Assembly: GCA_000004695.1 (NCBI GenBank)
Contig: CM000155.2
Location: forward strand, 3,072,001 to 3,136,000
Direction of reading: 5' to 3'
DNA length: 64,000 bases
Source: Dictyostelium discoideum
Lineage: Eukaryota
In this document: in pieces, positions 12,983 through 31,859 of the stretch
How the letters are laid out: each line of letters begins with the position of its first letter
Position numbering within the stretch: the stretch's first letter is position 1
Program-made: the position numbers and the translations under genes
Notes under the pieces: generated by a model
Databases searched by the model: none
What the model saw: only the letters and a program-made list of their open reading frames with translations
Told to the model about the DNA's origin: nothing

Positions 12983-14214
12983 GGATTATTAGGATTATTA
13001 TTATTAGGATTATTATTATTATTACCATTATTATTATTATTAGGATTATTGTTATTGTTATTATTATTACTATTATTGTTGGGATTATTATTATTACTAT
13101 TATTGTTGGGATTATTATTATTACTATTATTGTTGGGATTATTATTATTATTATTATTATTGTTGTTGTTGTTCATTTGTTGTTGGTGATTCATCTGTTG
13201 CTGATGATTCATGTATTGTTGATGATTCATTTGTTGTTGATTGGTCATTTGTTGTAAACTATTAAACTGATTTTGGAATTGATTATAACTATTTTGTTGA
13301 TTTGGATTTTGATTTGGATTTGGATTTTGATTTTGATTTTGATTTTGATTTTGATTTTGATTTGGATTTGGATTTGGATTTGGATTTGGATTTGGATTTG
13401 GATTTGGATTTGGATTTGGATTTTGATTTTGAGGTCCATTTGCATGTGGTGATTGAATGGATTGATTTTGTGGTGATGACATATTTTGACTTGCCATTAA
13501 TTTAGCCATAACAGCTGCTTGTGTTTGGTTGTTCATTTGTTGTTGATTCATTTGCTGTTGATGTGTCATTTGTTGTTGATTCATTTGCTGTTGATGTATC
13601 ATTTGTTGTTGTTGTTGTTGATTATTCATTTGTTGTGGATTATTCATTTGTTGTTGATTATTCATTTGTTGTGGATTGTTCATTTGTTGTTGTTGTTGGA
13701 AAGGGGGATGACCAAATGGATAAGGTTTTGATTGACTTGGACTTGGCATAGGAACATTTTGACCTTGTGGCCCATTCATTTTTTGTTGGTGGTGCTGTTG
13801 TTGTTGTTGCAATTGCATTTGCATTTGCATTTGTAATTGTTGATGTTGTTGTTGATTTTGTGGTTGTGGCTGAATTACCCCATTTGGTAATGATATACTA
13901 TTTCTTGGTGTTGATGGTTTTGAACTTGGACTACCGCTCATTGGGTCTGATCCATTATGTTGTTCGTTATTATTATTATTATTATTGTTGTTATTTGGAT
14001 TATCATTTGATGGTAATACATCTTTTTCATCAGTTTGATTTGATGATTTATCTTTTTTATCTTTTTTACCTTTATTTGATTGATTTGGAGTTGATGGTTG
14101 TTGTGTATTATGAATTTGTTGTTGAGGTGTATTTGGTTGTTGAGGTGTATGAGGTGTTTGAGGTTGGCCTTGCTGTGGAGTATGAGGTGTATGAGGTGTT
14201 TGTGGTTGTTGACC

Positions 14215-14288
<74 letters not shown>

Positions 14289-14615
14289 GCTGCTGTTGAT
14301 GAATTTGTTGCATCATTTGATGTTGAATTTGAAGATGTGGTGGTTTTTGTTGTGGTGAATTGAATTGACTATTTGGTTGTGGTCCGTGTCCTGGTGTTGC
14401 CACCAAAGGTGATGTCATTTGACCATGTGGTCCATGTGCTGGTGTTGATGTTGGATGTTGATTTGGTGTTGTAATTGGTCCTGAGTTTGGTGTTTGTGGT
14501 GCTTGTAAATTATTATTATTTTGATGTTGTTGTTGTTGTGGTAATTTATTTGCTAAAGATAATGGAGATACAGATGAAGTTGGTGAAGTTTGTGTAATTG
14601 GTGAAGCAGTATTAA

Positions 14616-14677
<62 letters not shown>

Positions 14678-14859
14678 GAATTTTGATTATTTTGATTATT
14701 TTGATTATTTTGATTATTTTGATTATTTTGATTATTTAAATTATTTAAAGCATTATTAAAATTTGCTTGTAAATGTTGATGTTGTTGTTGTAATTGTTGT
14801 TGTTGATGTTGTTGTTGTTGTAATTGCTGTTGATATTGTTGATATTGTTGTTGATGTAA

Positions 14860-14892
<33 letters not shown>

Positions 14893-15470
14893 CTGTTGTT
14901 GTTGTTGTTGTTGTTGAACCAATTGTTGTTGTTGTTGTTGTATTTGAAGTTGTAGTTGAGATTGTTGTTGTAGATTAGATTGTTGTTGTTGATGTTGTGC
15001 TTGTTGTGCTTGTTGATAGGTTTGTTGTTGTTGTAGTATCTGTTGTTGTAAATTTATGGTTTGATGTTGTTGTTGTTGTGCTTGTTGTTGCAATTGTACC
15101 GATTGTCGTTGTATTTGTATATCTAATTGTTGCTGTTGTTGTTGGTGTAAATATTTGGTGAAGTTTATATACGCCTTAACTGTCTCATTATTTGACAATG
15201 ACATTCCATTCGCTTTTGCAAAAAATACATCCCAAAACATATTCCACCATTCACATAAAAAACTTTCACCACTACCACCACCACTATTATTATTTATATT
15301 ATCACCACTACTACTGCTACCACTACCACTGCCATCAACACTACCACTACCACTACCACCTGTATCAATCATTTGTACATTTGATGGTATTTTCACTTCT
15401 GCTTTAAATGCATCCACTGTACTCTTATAATTATTCTTTTGTAAATAATCTAAAATATATGCGTTTAAAC

Positions 15471-15519
<49 letters not shown>

Positions 15520-15627
15520 ATTATTATTTTCATTATTTTCATTATTATTAGTATTTTGTAAATTATTTGTAATTAAATTATTATTATAATTATTTATTAT
15601 ATGTTTAACATGAGATGGAGGTTCCAT
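9583..15627 (-). CDS. Giant (2014 aa) LisH/LUFS-domain poly-Q/poly-N protein, single exon. Probable SSDP/Flo8/LEUNIG-like transcriptional co-regulator.
   Basis: N-terminus contains a LisH motif (SLNAYILDYLQKNNYKSTVDAFKAEVKI) followed by CEWWNMFWDVFFAKANGM (LUFS-like). The remainder is Q/N/P/H-rich low complexity, including Q46 and N40+ runs. Continuous minus-strand ORF. Confidence 0.75.
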
Positions 15628-16357
15628 ATTAGTATATTAAAAATATATATATTTATTCGACGATCGTAATAATTAATGGTAATTGTATTTTCATAAATCG
15701 AGATTGTTTTTTTTTTTTTTTTTTTTTTTTTTTGTTGGGTTTTTTTTTTTTTTTTTTTTTTTTTTCTGAAATTAAAAATTTTTTAAAAAAAAAAAAAAAA
15801 ATTTGATGGATGATGATAAAAAAGAGTGAAATTGGGTGATTTTAAAATATATTATTTCCCTAAAGTTTATCATAAACTTAATATGTGAACTGTGTTTTTA
15901 TTATTTTATTTTTTTTTTATTTAGTGTGGATTTTATAAAAAAGGGAACCACAAACAAAAAAATAAAAAAAAATAAAAAAATAAAAAAAATAAAAAAAAAA
16001 AATAATAAAAAAAAACCAGATTATTTTTAATGTTAAATCAAAAAAAAAAAAAAAAAAAATTAAAAAATTAAAAATAAAAATTTTTTTTATAAAAAAAAAA
16101 GGGTTAAATTTAGACACAAAAAAAAAATAAAATAAAAAAAATAAAATAAAAATAACTAAAATAAAATATAGATGATATAAAAAATAAACAAAAATAAATA
16201 AAATTTTTTTTTTAAAAAAAAATAAAAATAATAATCAAATTTTTTTTTTTTTTTTGTTATTTATATAATATAAACCTTTTATATTAATGTTTTAATAATT
16301 TTGAAAATGAATTTTAATAGAAACCACACACACAATTCCACCACTCCATATAAATTT

Positions 16358-16398
<41 letters not shown>

Positions 16399-17723
16399 CC
16401 AATCTATTAAACGATGGGAATATGTGTGGTTTAATTGGGTGCTCCCAGAAGGAGTTTGGAGTATATTTACACCCCACAAAAAAAATAAAATAAAAAAAAA
16501 AAAATTAAATTATCAAAAAAAAAAAAAAAAAAAAAAATCACAAAAAATCCATTTGATTATATTGATGATACTGAGAATGATTGTAGTGCGGCATTGTTGA
16601 TGATTATCATGCTTATGGTTGTGGAAGAAAAAAAAAAAAAAAAAATAAAAAAAAAAAAGTGAAAAACAATGCAAAGTGTGGAGAGGGAAAATAAAATATC
16701 TTTTTTTTTTTTTTTTTTTTTTTAAACAATGATTTAATGGTTTGCTCGTATGAATAAAAAAACAATCTTTTTATTTCAAAAAAAAAATAAAATAAATAGT
16801 AATAATAAAAAAAAAACAAAAAAAAAAAAAAATACTTACTTTAAACAATCATTTTCCAAACGAGCCATTATGTATGGATTTGATATTTTTATTGCTATAA
16901 AAGAAATGTATTATATTTTAATAAACATAGAATTCTCAATAATACTTTTTTTTTTTTTTTCTTTTTTTTTTTCTTTTTTGTTTTTCTTTTTTTAACTGAT
17001 TATTCCAATAAAAAAATGTATTGAATTTAGAAAAAAAAAAAAAAGAGAACCTAAATTTGCCAACTATTTGAATGAGTATAATTTGTTAAGTGATAAACTA
17101 AAATTGGTTATTTTTTTTTTTTTCTTCCTTTTTTTTAATTTTATTTTTTTTTTCACAAAAAAAACAAAATAGTTTGAAAGATTGCTTGCTGTTTGCTAAA
17201 TTTTATTTTATCTAGAATTGGAATATATAAATACATAAAAATATAATATGAATTAAAATTCGCAATGATATAATAACCTTTTAATTTAAAAAAAAAAAAA
17301 AAAAATTTTTAAAAAAAAAAAATTTTAAAAATTTTTTTTTTTTATTTTTTTTTATTTTTTTTTATTTTTTTTTGTTGGACAATTCTATTTATAATCCTAA
17401 TTTGTTGGTAATTATTAACCTTTTTCTTCTCTTTATTTTTTTTAATATGTCTTCTTTTTTTTTTTTTTTTTTGTTTTTTTTTTTTTTATTATTATTATTA
17501 TTTTTTTTTGTAATAAATCTGTTTTTATATTTTTATTTTTTTTTTTTTATTTTTGTTTTTTTTTTGTTTGCGTATGACATCACTAACAAAGATTTAATTT
17601 AGGTTTTCCAATGGTATTGATGAAAAAATAAAATAAAAATTTTCAACGAAAATGATAATTGGGACTTGAGAGGGAAATAGAGTTTTTGATTTAATAGTGT
17701 CAAACTTACATGCAAGTTGTTAT

Positions 17724-17755
<32 letters not shown>

Positions 17756-18033
17756 TTTTTTTTTTTTTTTTTTTCTATTTTAAAAGATAAAAATGAATGC
17801 AGCCAAAAGTGTGTGGTTTATATATTTTTTTTTTTTTTTTTTTTTAAAATTTAAAAATTGAAAAAAAAAAAATAAAAAAATAAAAAAAAAAATAAAAAAA
17901 AAAAAAATATAAAATAATTTAAAATTTTTAAAAACGTTAAATCGATGGTTTATTACCTGGTTTTACTAAATTATTAAACTATTTATTTTTATTTACTTAT
18001 TATACCTATAATTTACACATAAAAAAAAAAAAA

Positions 18034-18142
<109 letters not shown>

Positions 18143-19012
18143 TTTTTTAAAAGTTTATAAGAATAAGGATAGATGGTACCAAATTTTTAACTTCTTTACT
18201 AAATTTTAATTTTAATTTTTTATTTTTTTTCACAGATTTCCAAAGAATTGTGGTTATGTAATCTGATATCCGAAAATAAATGGTTGGAAATAGAGAATTT
18301 TTTTTAAAAAAAATGAAATTTTAAAAAAGGAAAAAAATAATATTTTAGTAAAAATACAATCTAGTTTATTAATAGAAAAGAAAGATCAAAATAAGATATT
18401 AATTCCGACAAATAAAAGTGTCACTTTTAAGTGATCCAATTTAGAAATCCCAAGACAATCACCACAGTTGAAATTAAATCTGAGACTTGGTATCCACCAT
18501 ACTCTTTGGATGATGTGATCCCATTGTATGGAAATATAAAAAAAAAAAAAAAAATTAAAATAAAATTAATATAAATTGAACCATATAAGATTTAAATCAA
18601 CATCAATAAAAAATAATATTAATGAAAATAGATTTATTTAAATAAAACCGAAGTATGGAATAAAAAAGATTTTTCTTTATTTTTTGGCAGTTGGAGTGTT
18701 TAAAATATTGAAAATAAAACTTTTGAGATTTTTTTTTTAAGAAAAAAAATAAAAAAAAAAATAAAAAAAAATAAAAAAAGATATTAATTTAAATTTTATT
18801 TTATTTTTTGATTGTTAAATTTCAATTGAAAAAAAAAATAAAAAATTGAAATTTTTTTTTTTTTTTTTTTTAATTTAATTTAAAGTAAAAAAAAAAAAAG
18901 GTAAAGTACACACACACACGCACTATCTTTTAAGTCTATCAATAAAAAAAAACAAAATAAAAAATTCTAACAAAAAAAAAAAAATAAAAAAAAAAAAAAA
19001 AAAAAATATAGA

Positions 19013-19850
19013 ATGAAAAGATCAATAGTATTTATTTATTCATTGGTAATTTTATTATTATCAGTTGGGTTTATTGATGCATTCAAAATATCAATAGAAA
19101 ATCATATAAAATTATCAGATGATTCATCTTATCAAATTGGTACAGGTATTTATGATATTACCGGACCAGGTGCAGAGAGTAACGTAAACACCATTTTTAT
19201 TTTATTTTATTTTTTTTATTTTAAAAATCCTAATTATAGTCATTCAATATTAACATTAAATATATTTTTTTTACCAAATTAAGCTAATATGATGGGCTAT
19301 GCAATGCCAGGCCAAAGTATGTATTAATTTAATTTTATTTAAAATATATATTATATAATGTATTCTCATCCAAGGTGAGCCTTAATTAAATTAATAATAT
19401 TAATTTTTTTTTTATTTTTATTTTTTTTTTATTTTCATTTTTTATTTTTTTTATTTTATAATAAGTTACTGGAGGAATTCATTTTAGACAACGTGCTAGA
19501 GCATTTGTATTTATAGATTCAGAAGGTAATAGAGCAGTATATGTTAGTACTGATTCATGTATGATTTTCCAAGAAGTTAAAATTCAAGTTATTCAAGATT
19601 TACAAGAAATTTTTGGACCAACTTTATATACACATGATAATGTATTATTAAGCGGTACACATACTCATTCAGGTCCTGCTGGTTTTTCAGAGTATGCATT
19701 ATATGGTATTACAGCATTAGGTTTCTATAAAAAGAATTTCGATACAATTTGTGATGGTATTGTTCAAGCAATTGTTAAAGCTCATAAATCGGTTCAACCT
19801 GCAAGAATGTTAACTCAACAAGGTGAATTATGGAATTCAAATATTAAGTA

Positions 19851-19923
<73 letters not shown>

Positions 19924-19965
19924 CTTATTTTATTAATTTTTTATTATTTTTTATACATATTATTA

Positions 19966-20007
<42 letters not shown>

Positions 20008-21686
20008 CTTAAAAAAAATTTAGTCGTTCACCATATGCATATGATAATAATCCAGAAGAAGAAAAAGCAATGTATGATGCAAATGTTGATAAGAATATGA
20101 CAGTTATTAGAATTGAAGATATGAGTGGTAATCCATTTGCAGCAATTAGCTTTTTTGGTGTTCATTGTACTTCAATGAATAATACAAATCATTTAATCTC
20201 TGGTGATAATAAAGGTTATGCAAGTTATCTTTGGGAAAAACATGCCAATGGACAAAGCTCATTACCAGGTACTGGTCCATTCATTGCAGCATTTGGTCAA
20301 AGTAATGAAGGTGATGTTTCACCAAATACCCGTGGACCAACATGTAGAGATGGTAAACCATGTGATTATAAAACAAGTACATGTAATGGCAAAGTCGAGG
20401 AGTGTTGGGCACTAGGACCAGGTACTGATGGTGACATGTTTGAATCAACTCAAATCATTGGTGGTAATCAATTCAACAAGGCATTGGAATTATTTAACAA
20501 TGCAACCATTCAAGTTAGTGGTAAGATTCAATATAGACACACATGGAAACCATTTACCAATGTTTCAGTTGAAGCACCATATAATAGTGGGGTTGAGGGC
20601 GCAACAACATGTAGAGGTGCAATGGGTTATAGTTTTGCTGGTGGTACAACTGATGGTCCAGGTGCATTCAATTTCATTCAAGGTGATAATAGTACAACTA
20701 ATCCATTTTGGAATTTCATCGGTGGTATCATTGCAAAACCAACACCACAACAAACAGCTTGTCAAGCTCCAAAACCAATTTTAATTGATGTTGGTATGGT
20801 TGAACCAATCCCATGGGTACCAGATGTAATGCCACTTCAAATCATTACTTTAGGTCAAATTGTTTTAGTCGCTGTTCCAGGTGAATTCACAACAATGTCT
20901 GGTAGAAGATTAAGAAATACCGTTAGAGAAATCATTGGTCAATCAATTGAAAATCCAATTGTTTTAATTGCTGGTTTAGCAAATACTTATTCAGGTTATA
21001 TTGCAACATTTGAAGAGTTTCAAGTTCAAAGATATGAAGGTGGTAAGTAATAATTTTTAATTTTTTTTTTTTTTTTTTTTTTTTTTTATATATAAAAAAT
21101 TTAAGTAATAATATTAATAATTTTTATTTATTTTTTAAAAGCATCAACCGTTTTTGGACCTCATACTTTAGGAGCATATCAACAAGAATTTGCAAATCTT
21201 GCACAATCAATTGTAGATGGTAGTCAAGCTGATCCAGGAACATTCCCAAGAAATATGTCTGGTCATACACCATTCTTTTTACCACCAGTCATTGTTGATG
21301 TAGCTCCAAAATTCGACGATTTCGGTGATATCTATACTGATGTCTCTACAACTACACCATATTCAATCAATCAAACTGTTACCGTCATTTTCTATGGTGC
21401 CAATCTTAGAAATAATTTCATGACTGAATCTTCTTTCCTCACTGTTGATCAATTACAATCTAATGGTCAATGGACTACAATTTTAAATGATGGTGATTGG
21501 GATACAAAATTATATTGGAAAATGCATGATTTAGGTTTTTCACTCATCACTGTTGATTGGACAATCTCTCCAATCACTCAACCAGGTACTTATAGAATAA
21601 CTCATAGTGGTTATGCTAAGAAAAATCCATTCTCTGATAATTTAACTTTTTATCAAGGTATTTCAAGTAATTTTAATGTTCAATAA
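19013..21686 (+). CDS. Neutral/alkaline ceramidase with N-terminal signal peptide. Five exons: 19013..19178, 19284..19316, 19466..19847, 20024..21042, 21142..21686.
   Basis: Signal peptide MKRSIVFIYSLVILLLSVGF. GIYDITGPGAE..NMMGYAMPGQ..ITGGIHFRQRARAF...NVLLSGTHTHSGPAGF...RSPYAY...FFGVHCTSMNNTNHLISGDNKGYASYLWE...GPFIAAFGQSNEGDVSPN...GPGTDGDMFESTQIIGG...MGYSFAGGTTDGPG...KPILIDVG...ITLGQIVLVAVPGEFTTMSGRRLR...YQVQRYEGGASTVFGPHTL is colinear with human ASAH2. All four introns have GTAAGT/GTATGT-type donors and consistent phases. Confidence 0.85.
19858..19921. repeat. About T64 homopolymer in ceramidase intron 3.
   Basis: Uninterrupted t-run directly after the GTAAGT donor. Confidence 0.9.
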
Positions 21687-21907
21687 AAATTAAAATAAAT
21701 AAAAAAAGGATTTTTTTTTATTAAATAAATTATTTCAAAAAGCTAAAAATAAAATAAAATAAAAAAAAATAAAAATAAAAAAGTAATAATTATTTTAGGT
21801 TGAGTAGAACTCCTCTTTTTTTTTTTTTTTTTTTTTTTTTGTTTGTAATTAAAATACACTTTTATTTATATATTTTTAAAAATTATTATTAATGGTAACA
21901 CTCTAAA

Positions 21908-22205
21908 TTATATTGAAGAATTTTCTAAGCTTTCCATTAATTTCATTAAAATTGGGTTACCACCTAAATCATTAATCTGTTTTATAATTTTTTCTTTTAA
22001 TACATTTAATTTTTTTTCTGTATATTCCAAAGAACCTTTAGATTTTATATATTCCAATGCGTGTTCTTTAACTGAACGATCTTCAGTCTTTTGTTTTAAA
22101 ATTCTTAATAATCTATTATCATTTGAGTCTGCATTTATTGCATGTATTATTGGGAATGAAAATTTACCCTCTGAAATATCTTCACAAAAACTTTTATTTT
22201 GTTGA

Positions 22206-22242
<37 letters not shown>

Positions 22243-23110
22243 TAGATATTAATAAATTTTCTCATTTTATTTGGAATATCTTTTTTTATTTTTTTTATTT
22301 TTTTATTTTTTTTATTTTTAATAAAATACATACATCTACAGAAACTAAATTAATTAAATCATCTCTAATTTGATAATACATTCCTAAATCTTCAACTAAA
22401 TCAATATAATTTGTATTATTATCACTAAAAGCTTGTAATAATCTTAAACCTAATCTAAATAAACCACCAGTTTTTTCATTTACCATATTCATATATTCTT
22501 GTTCTGATGGTGAAGTATTTGTATCTCTCCAAAAGATATCATAACCTTGACCTCTATGTAATCTAATAAGTTCCTCTATAAATATAGTTGTTGCTTTTGG
22601 ATCACCTAATTTATTACATTGGTCCATAATTAAAAAATATACAAAATTGGCTGAATTTATAGTTTGTGGTATACCATAAATTGAATGTGCAACTGGTTTA
22701 CCTCTTCTTAATTTTGAATTATCTTCAATATCATCAATTCTAATGAATATTATTATTATTTATTAATATTATTATTATAATTATTATTATTATTATAATT
22801 ATTATTATAAATATTATTATTTATTATTTATTATTTATTATTTATTATTTATTATTTATTATTTATTGTATATTTATTTTTATTATTTTAATAAAATGAC
22901 ATACAATAAACTTGCACCATGTAAACCTTGAATAACTTTTGAAATGTCTTGAACTTTTTCATCTCCAACTTTTAACCAATAATCAAATGATTTAATTAAA
23001 GCATTTCTAAAGCCCTTTCCTGATGATTCACAAATATATGTATATGGCTCAATTAATTTAAAATCCGATTTATCTAATGGGTATGAAAAGTGAATCTTAC
23101 TATTTTCCAT
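21908..23110 (-). CDS. Geranylgeranyl diphosphate synthase (trans-prenyltransferase). Three exons on the minus strand: 23110..22905, 22739..22334, 22207..21908 (about 303 aa).
   Basis: MENSKIHFSYPLDKSDFKLIEPYTYI..GKGFRNALIKSFDYWLKVGDEKVQDISKVIQGLHGASLL / IDDIEDNSKLRRGKPVAHSIYGIPQTINSANFVYF...LHRGQGYDIFWRDTNTSPSEQEYMNMVNEKTGGLFRLGLRLLQAFSD...YYQIRDDLINL / ...KSFCEDISEGKFSFPIIHAI... is colinear with human GGPS1, including both Asp-rich motifs. Intron 1 contains a (tta)-rich tandem repeat. Confidence 0.85.
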
Positions 23111-23276
23111 TGATAAATATATTTTTAAATAAAATTTAAATAAAATAAAATAAAATAAAATAAAATAAAAAAAATATAAAAAATAAAAAATATTGATTAA
23201 AATAAAAAAAGTAATATGCAAAAATAAAAAAATGAAAAAATGAAAAAATATTTAAGTATGAGAAAAAAGTGAAATG

Positions 23277-23313
<37 letters not shown>

Positions 23314-23467
23314 AAAATATATTTTGCAATGTTTAAAACAATTGTTTTTGGAAAAAAGTTTTCAACAAAAATTTTTCAAAAAATTTTGGGTGAGATTTGG
23401 TCGCTTTGTTTTAAAAAGATCCCACCTCTCTCTTTTTTTTTATTTGAAAACAATTACAACGTTGGAG

Positions 23468-23515
<48 letters not shown>

Positions 23516-23575
23516 GAGAAACAATGTATGGATTTTATTATATATAAAGTTTTATTTATTTTATTTCTTTAATCT

Positions 23576-28096
<4,521 letters not shown>

Positions 28097-28712
28097 TTTT
28101 TAAAAAAAAAGTTAGAAATTCTCTAACGTTTTTTTTCTTTGTTTTGTCTCTAGAGAAAAAAATATGAAAAGAAAAAAAAAAAAAATAAAAAAAAAAATAA
28201 AAAATTAAAAAAAAAAAACCATTTTTTTTTATTTTTTTTTAATTTTTTTTTTTATTTTCAATTTTATTTTTATTATTTTATTTTTTTTTAATATTTTTGG
28301 TTAAAATAAAAAAATCATTTTCAACCATTATTTTCTAAATAAATCAAAAAAAAAAAAAAAAAAATTAATCCCACAATTTATTTTTTTAAAAATGTTAATT
28401 TAATGAGGGTCATGATATTATCAAAATTTTCATAAAAAAAAAAAAAAAAAAAAAAAAATAAAATAAAATAAAAAACTATCTAAATGTTTATCCAATTATG
28501 TTTCTTGTTTTATTTCTGACTCAAAATTTATATTTTTTTTTAAATATGGTTAAAATTTGGTTAAAAATTTTAGTTATTATTTTTTAATTATAATTACACT
28601 TGGAAAAAAAAAAAATAATAATACACAACATTAAATATTATAACTTTTTTTAGAAAATTTATTGGAAAATAAATAAATATATTTTTGTTTAAAACAAAAA
28701 AAATAAAATAAA

Positions 28713-29281
28713 ATGTTAGTTGCGCCAATTACTTCAATGTATGCAGGAATTTTAGGTATTTATTACCTTAAATTATTATTTGACGTTATTAAGCAAAGAA
28801 GAAAGACAATGACATCTGTTGGTGATGGCTCACAAATATTAATTAAAAAGATAGTTGATGCTGGTAAAAGTGGAAAAACTGAAAATTTTTCAAATATTGA
28901 TTACCTTTTATATGATGATCTTTGTAAGTGTGATTAATAATAATAATATAAAAAAAAAAAAAAAAAAAAAATTAAAAATTATAATTAATAAATAAATAAA
29001 TAATTTTAGTGAAAACTATTAGATCACATGGAAATTTTGGAGAATTTGTGCCATTTGCATTATTATTATCATTAATTTGTGAAATAAATGGAATTCCAGG
29101 TATATTATTAAATGGAGTACTATTTACATTCACAGTTTCAAGATTTGCTCATGTTTCTGGTCTTCATGCTCAATATTCCTTGGGCTCTGGTCGTAAAATT
29201 GGTGTTTTATTAACTATCTTCACACTTTTTTCATTCTCAATTATCTGTATTTTTTATCCAATTTCAAAATACATTTCATAA
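28713..29281 (+). CDS. MAPEG-family membrane protein (YecN-like), copy 1 of 4. Two exons: 28713..28923, 29010..29281.
   Basis: MLVAPITSMYAGILGIYYLKLLFDVIKQRRKTMTSVGDGSQ...DDL/LKTIRSHGNFGEFVPFALLLSLICEINGIPG...FTVSRFAHVSGL matches E. coli YecN (LYAVLGALLLMKFSFDVVRLRMQYRVAYGDGG...AIRIHGNAVEYIPIAIVLMLFMEMNG...AGRLMHYYG). Phase-1 intron with GTAAGT donor. Confidence 0.75.
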
Positions 29282-29874
29282 ATTGATTAACAAACAATAA
29301 AAAATATTCACCTTTCATCACACAAATGAATTAAATAATTATTTTTATTTAATTAATCCTTTCTATTCAATTGCAAACATATTTTTTTTTTCATTTTTTT
29401 TTTTTTTTTTTCATTTCCCCATTTTTTTTTTTATTTTTAAACTCCCATAATTAAAAATAAATTTTTTTTTTTTTTAATCTGCTTATGTCATGTCAAGCAG
29501 TAAATAATATTATGTTTATGTCATTACTTTATTTTCATTCAATCCAGTTTAGATTATTCTGACTCAATATTTATATTTTAGTGAAAGGTTATACACAATT
29601 TTGAGGTGTTACACGAGATATTGTTTTTTAATTTCGATGACTTGTAAAAAAAATTATTTTTATTTTTATTTTTTTTTAAAAATAAAAAAAAAAAAAAATA
29701 TAAATAGACTCATTAAAAAAAAAAAAAAAAAAAAATATAATTTTAAAGTATATTTATATTTATTTAGATAGATAAATATTAGGAAAAAAAAAAATAAAAA
29801 ATAAAAAAAATAAAAATAAAAATAAATAAATCAAAAAATAATAAAAAATAATAATAAATAAATTAAAAATAAAA

Positions 29875-30486
29875 ATGTCAATTTTAGCACCAATTACTTC
29901 AACCTATGCAGGAATTCTAGGTATTTATTACCTTAAATTAACATTTGATATTGGCACAGAAAGAAGAAAAGCAAAAACTTCTATTGGTGATGGTTCACAA
30001 CAATTAATTCAAAAGATAGTTGATGCTGGTAAAAGTGGAAAAACTGAAAATTTTTCAAAAATTGATTACCTTTCATATGATGATCTTTGTAAGTATCATT
30101 AATATAAATAAATAAAAAAAAAAAATAAAAAAAAATAAAAAAATAAAACCAAACCAAAACAAAATAAAATAAAATATTAACAATAATAAATAAATAATTT
30201 AAATTTAGTGAGATCAATTAGAGCACATGGAAATTTTGCAGAATTTGTACCATTAGCATTATTATTTTCATTAATTTGTGAAATTAATGGAATTTCAAGT
30301 AAATTATTAACTGGAATACTATTTACATTAACAGTTTCAAGATTTTCTCATGCAACAGGACTAAGAGCAAGTAATGTTGGACGTAAAATTGGTGTCTCTC
30401 TTACACTACTTTCAATTTTAATCCTTTCAATTCTTTCTATTTATATTCCAAATAAAGATACTATTTTTAATTTATTTAAAAATTAA
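29875..30486 (+). CDS. MAPEG/YecN-like membrane protein, copy 2. Two exons: 29875..30088, 30209..30486.
   Basis: MSILAPITSTYAGILGIYYLKLTFDIGTERRKAKTSIGDGSQ...DDL/LRSIRAHGNFAEFVPLALLFSLICEINGISS...FTLTVSRFSHATGL. Intron position and phase are the same as in copy 1. Confidence 0.75.
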
Positions 30487-30748
30487 AATTAAAATTAAAA
30501 TTAAAAATAAAATAAACTAATAAAAAATTAATAATGACGACTATAACTTTTTTTTTTTTTTTTGAATTCCAAATTTGGAAATCGATGTTGTCAAGCCCAC
30601 AGATATTTTTTATTTTTTAAAAAAAAAAAAAAAAAAAAATTATTAATTAAAAATAAAAAATTCAAAAAAATCAACTTCATCACTTTTTTTTTTTTTTTTT
30701 TTTTTTTTCAATTAACTTTAATTAACCAATATTAAAAATAATAATAAA

Positions 30749-30986
30749 ATGACACTTGTTGTACCAATTACATCAACCTATGCAGGTATTTTAGGATTAT
30801 ACTATTTAATTCTTTCAATAAAAGCAGCAGGAGAACGTTTCAAATCTAGAATTGCAATTGGTGATGGTACCAATCATTTAGTTAGAAAAATTATTACAGC
30901 ATGTAAAACTGGCAATATTGAAGAAGTTGGTAAAATTGATCACCATGCTTATGATAACCTTTGTAAGTAGCAGTAGTAGTATTAAA

Positions 30987-31026
<40 letters not shown>

Positions 31027-31376
31027 AATAATCCTAATTTTTTTATTTATTTTTTTTTTTAAAAAATTATTTCTTTAAATTTTAAGTGGTTTCAATTAGA
31101 TCTCAAGGTAATTTTGGAGAATATGCAATTTTTATTTTATTATTTTCATTAATTTGTGAACTTAATGGAGTACCAGGTAAAATTTTAAATGGTTTACTTT
31201 TAGCATTTACCATTTCAAGATTCGCTCATGTCTCTGGTCTTCATGCTAAATATTCTAATGGTTTTGGTCGTAAAATTGGTGTTTTTTTAACTTTCATCTC
31301 ACTTTTATCACTCTCAGTTATCTGTTTATATTATCCAAATCAAGATACAATTCTTAATTTAATTAACAAACAATAA
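30749..31376 (+). CDS. MAPEG/YecN-like membrane protein, copy 3. Two exons: 30749..30962, 31087..31376.
   Basis: MTLVVPITSTYAGILGLYYLILSIKAAGERFKSRIAIGDGTNHL...DNL/LVSIRSQGNFGEYAIFILLFSLICELNGVPG...FTISRFAHVSGL. Intron position and phase are the same. Confidence 0.75.
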
Positions 31377-31470
31377 ATTAATAATATATATATATATTTT
31401 AAAATAACAAAAATAATTGAGTTGTGGTCATATTATTTTTTTTATTTGACCATTAATTTTTTTGATTTAG

Positions 31471-31505
<35 letters not shown>

Positions 31506-31602
31506 AAATAATTAAAAAGCCTTTTGGGATTACTATTTTCTTGAGTTTAATGAACAATCCTACCATTTATTTTATTAATTAATTTCAAGTTATTTTTTGT
31601 AT

Positions 31603-31645
<43 letters not shown>

Positions 31646-31859
31646 TTTCTTTTATTTTATTTTTTTTTTTTTTTTATTTATTTATTCATTTATCTTTTAT
31701 TGAATTCTTAGGTTCAAAAATATCTTTTCAAAAAAAAAAGGGGGGTACATGTACAATCTCCCATTCAATCATTTCAAAAATTTCCATTGAAAGTGTATAA
31801 TGGTTTAATTAATTTAAATGGAATTAATATTGAATTAATTTAAACATTTTAGATGTTTC

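Noticed and set aside
9762-14978. Many long plus-strand ORFs (e.g. 9762..10802, 11868..12611, 13767..14363; poly-L/V/D/F/I translations) overlapping the 9583..15627 gene
   Set aside because: They are mirror-image artefacts of the CAA/CAG/AAT codon repeats of the minus-strand poly-Q/N gene. Their translations are pure low-complexity, and they lack any independent start context.
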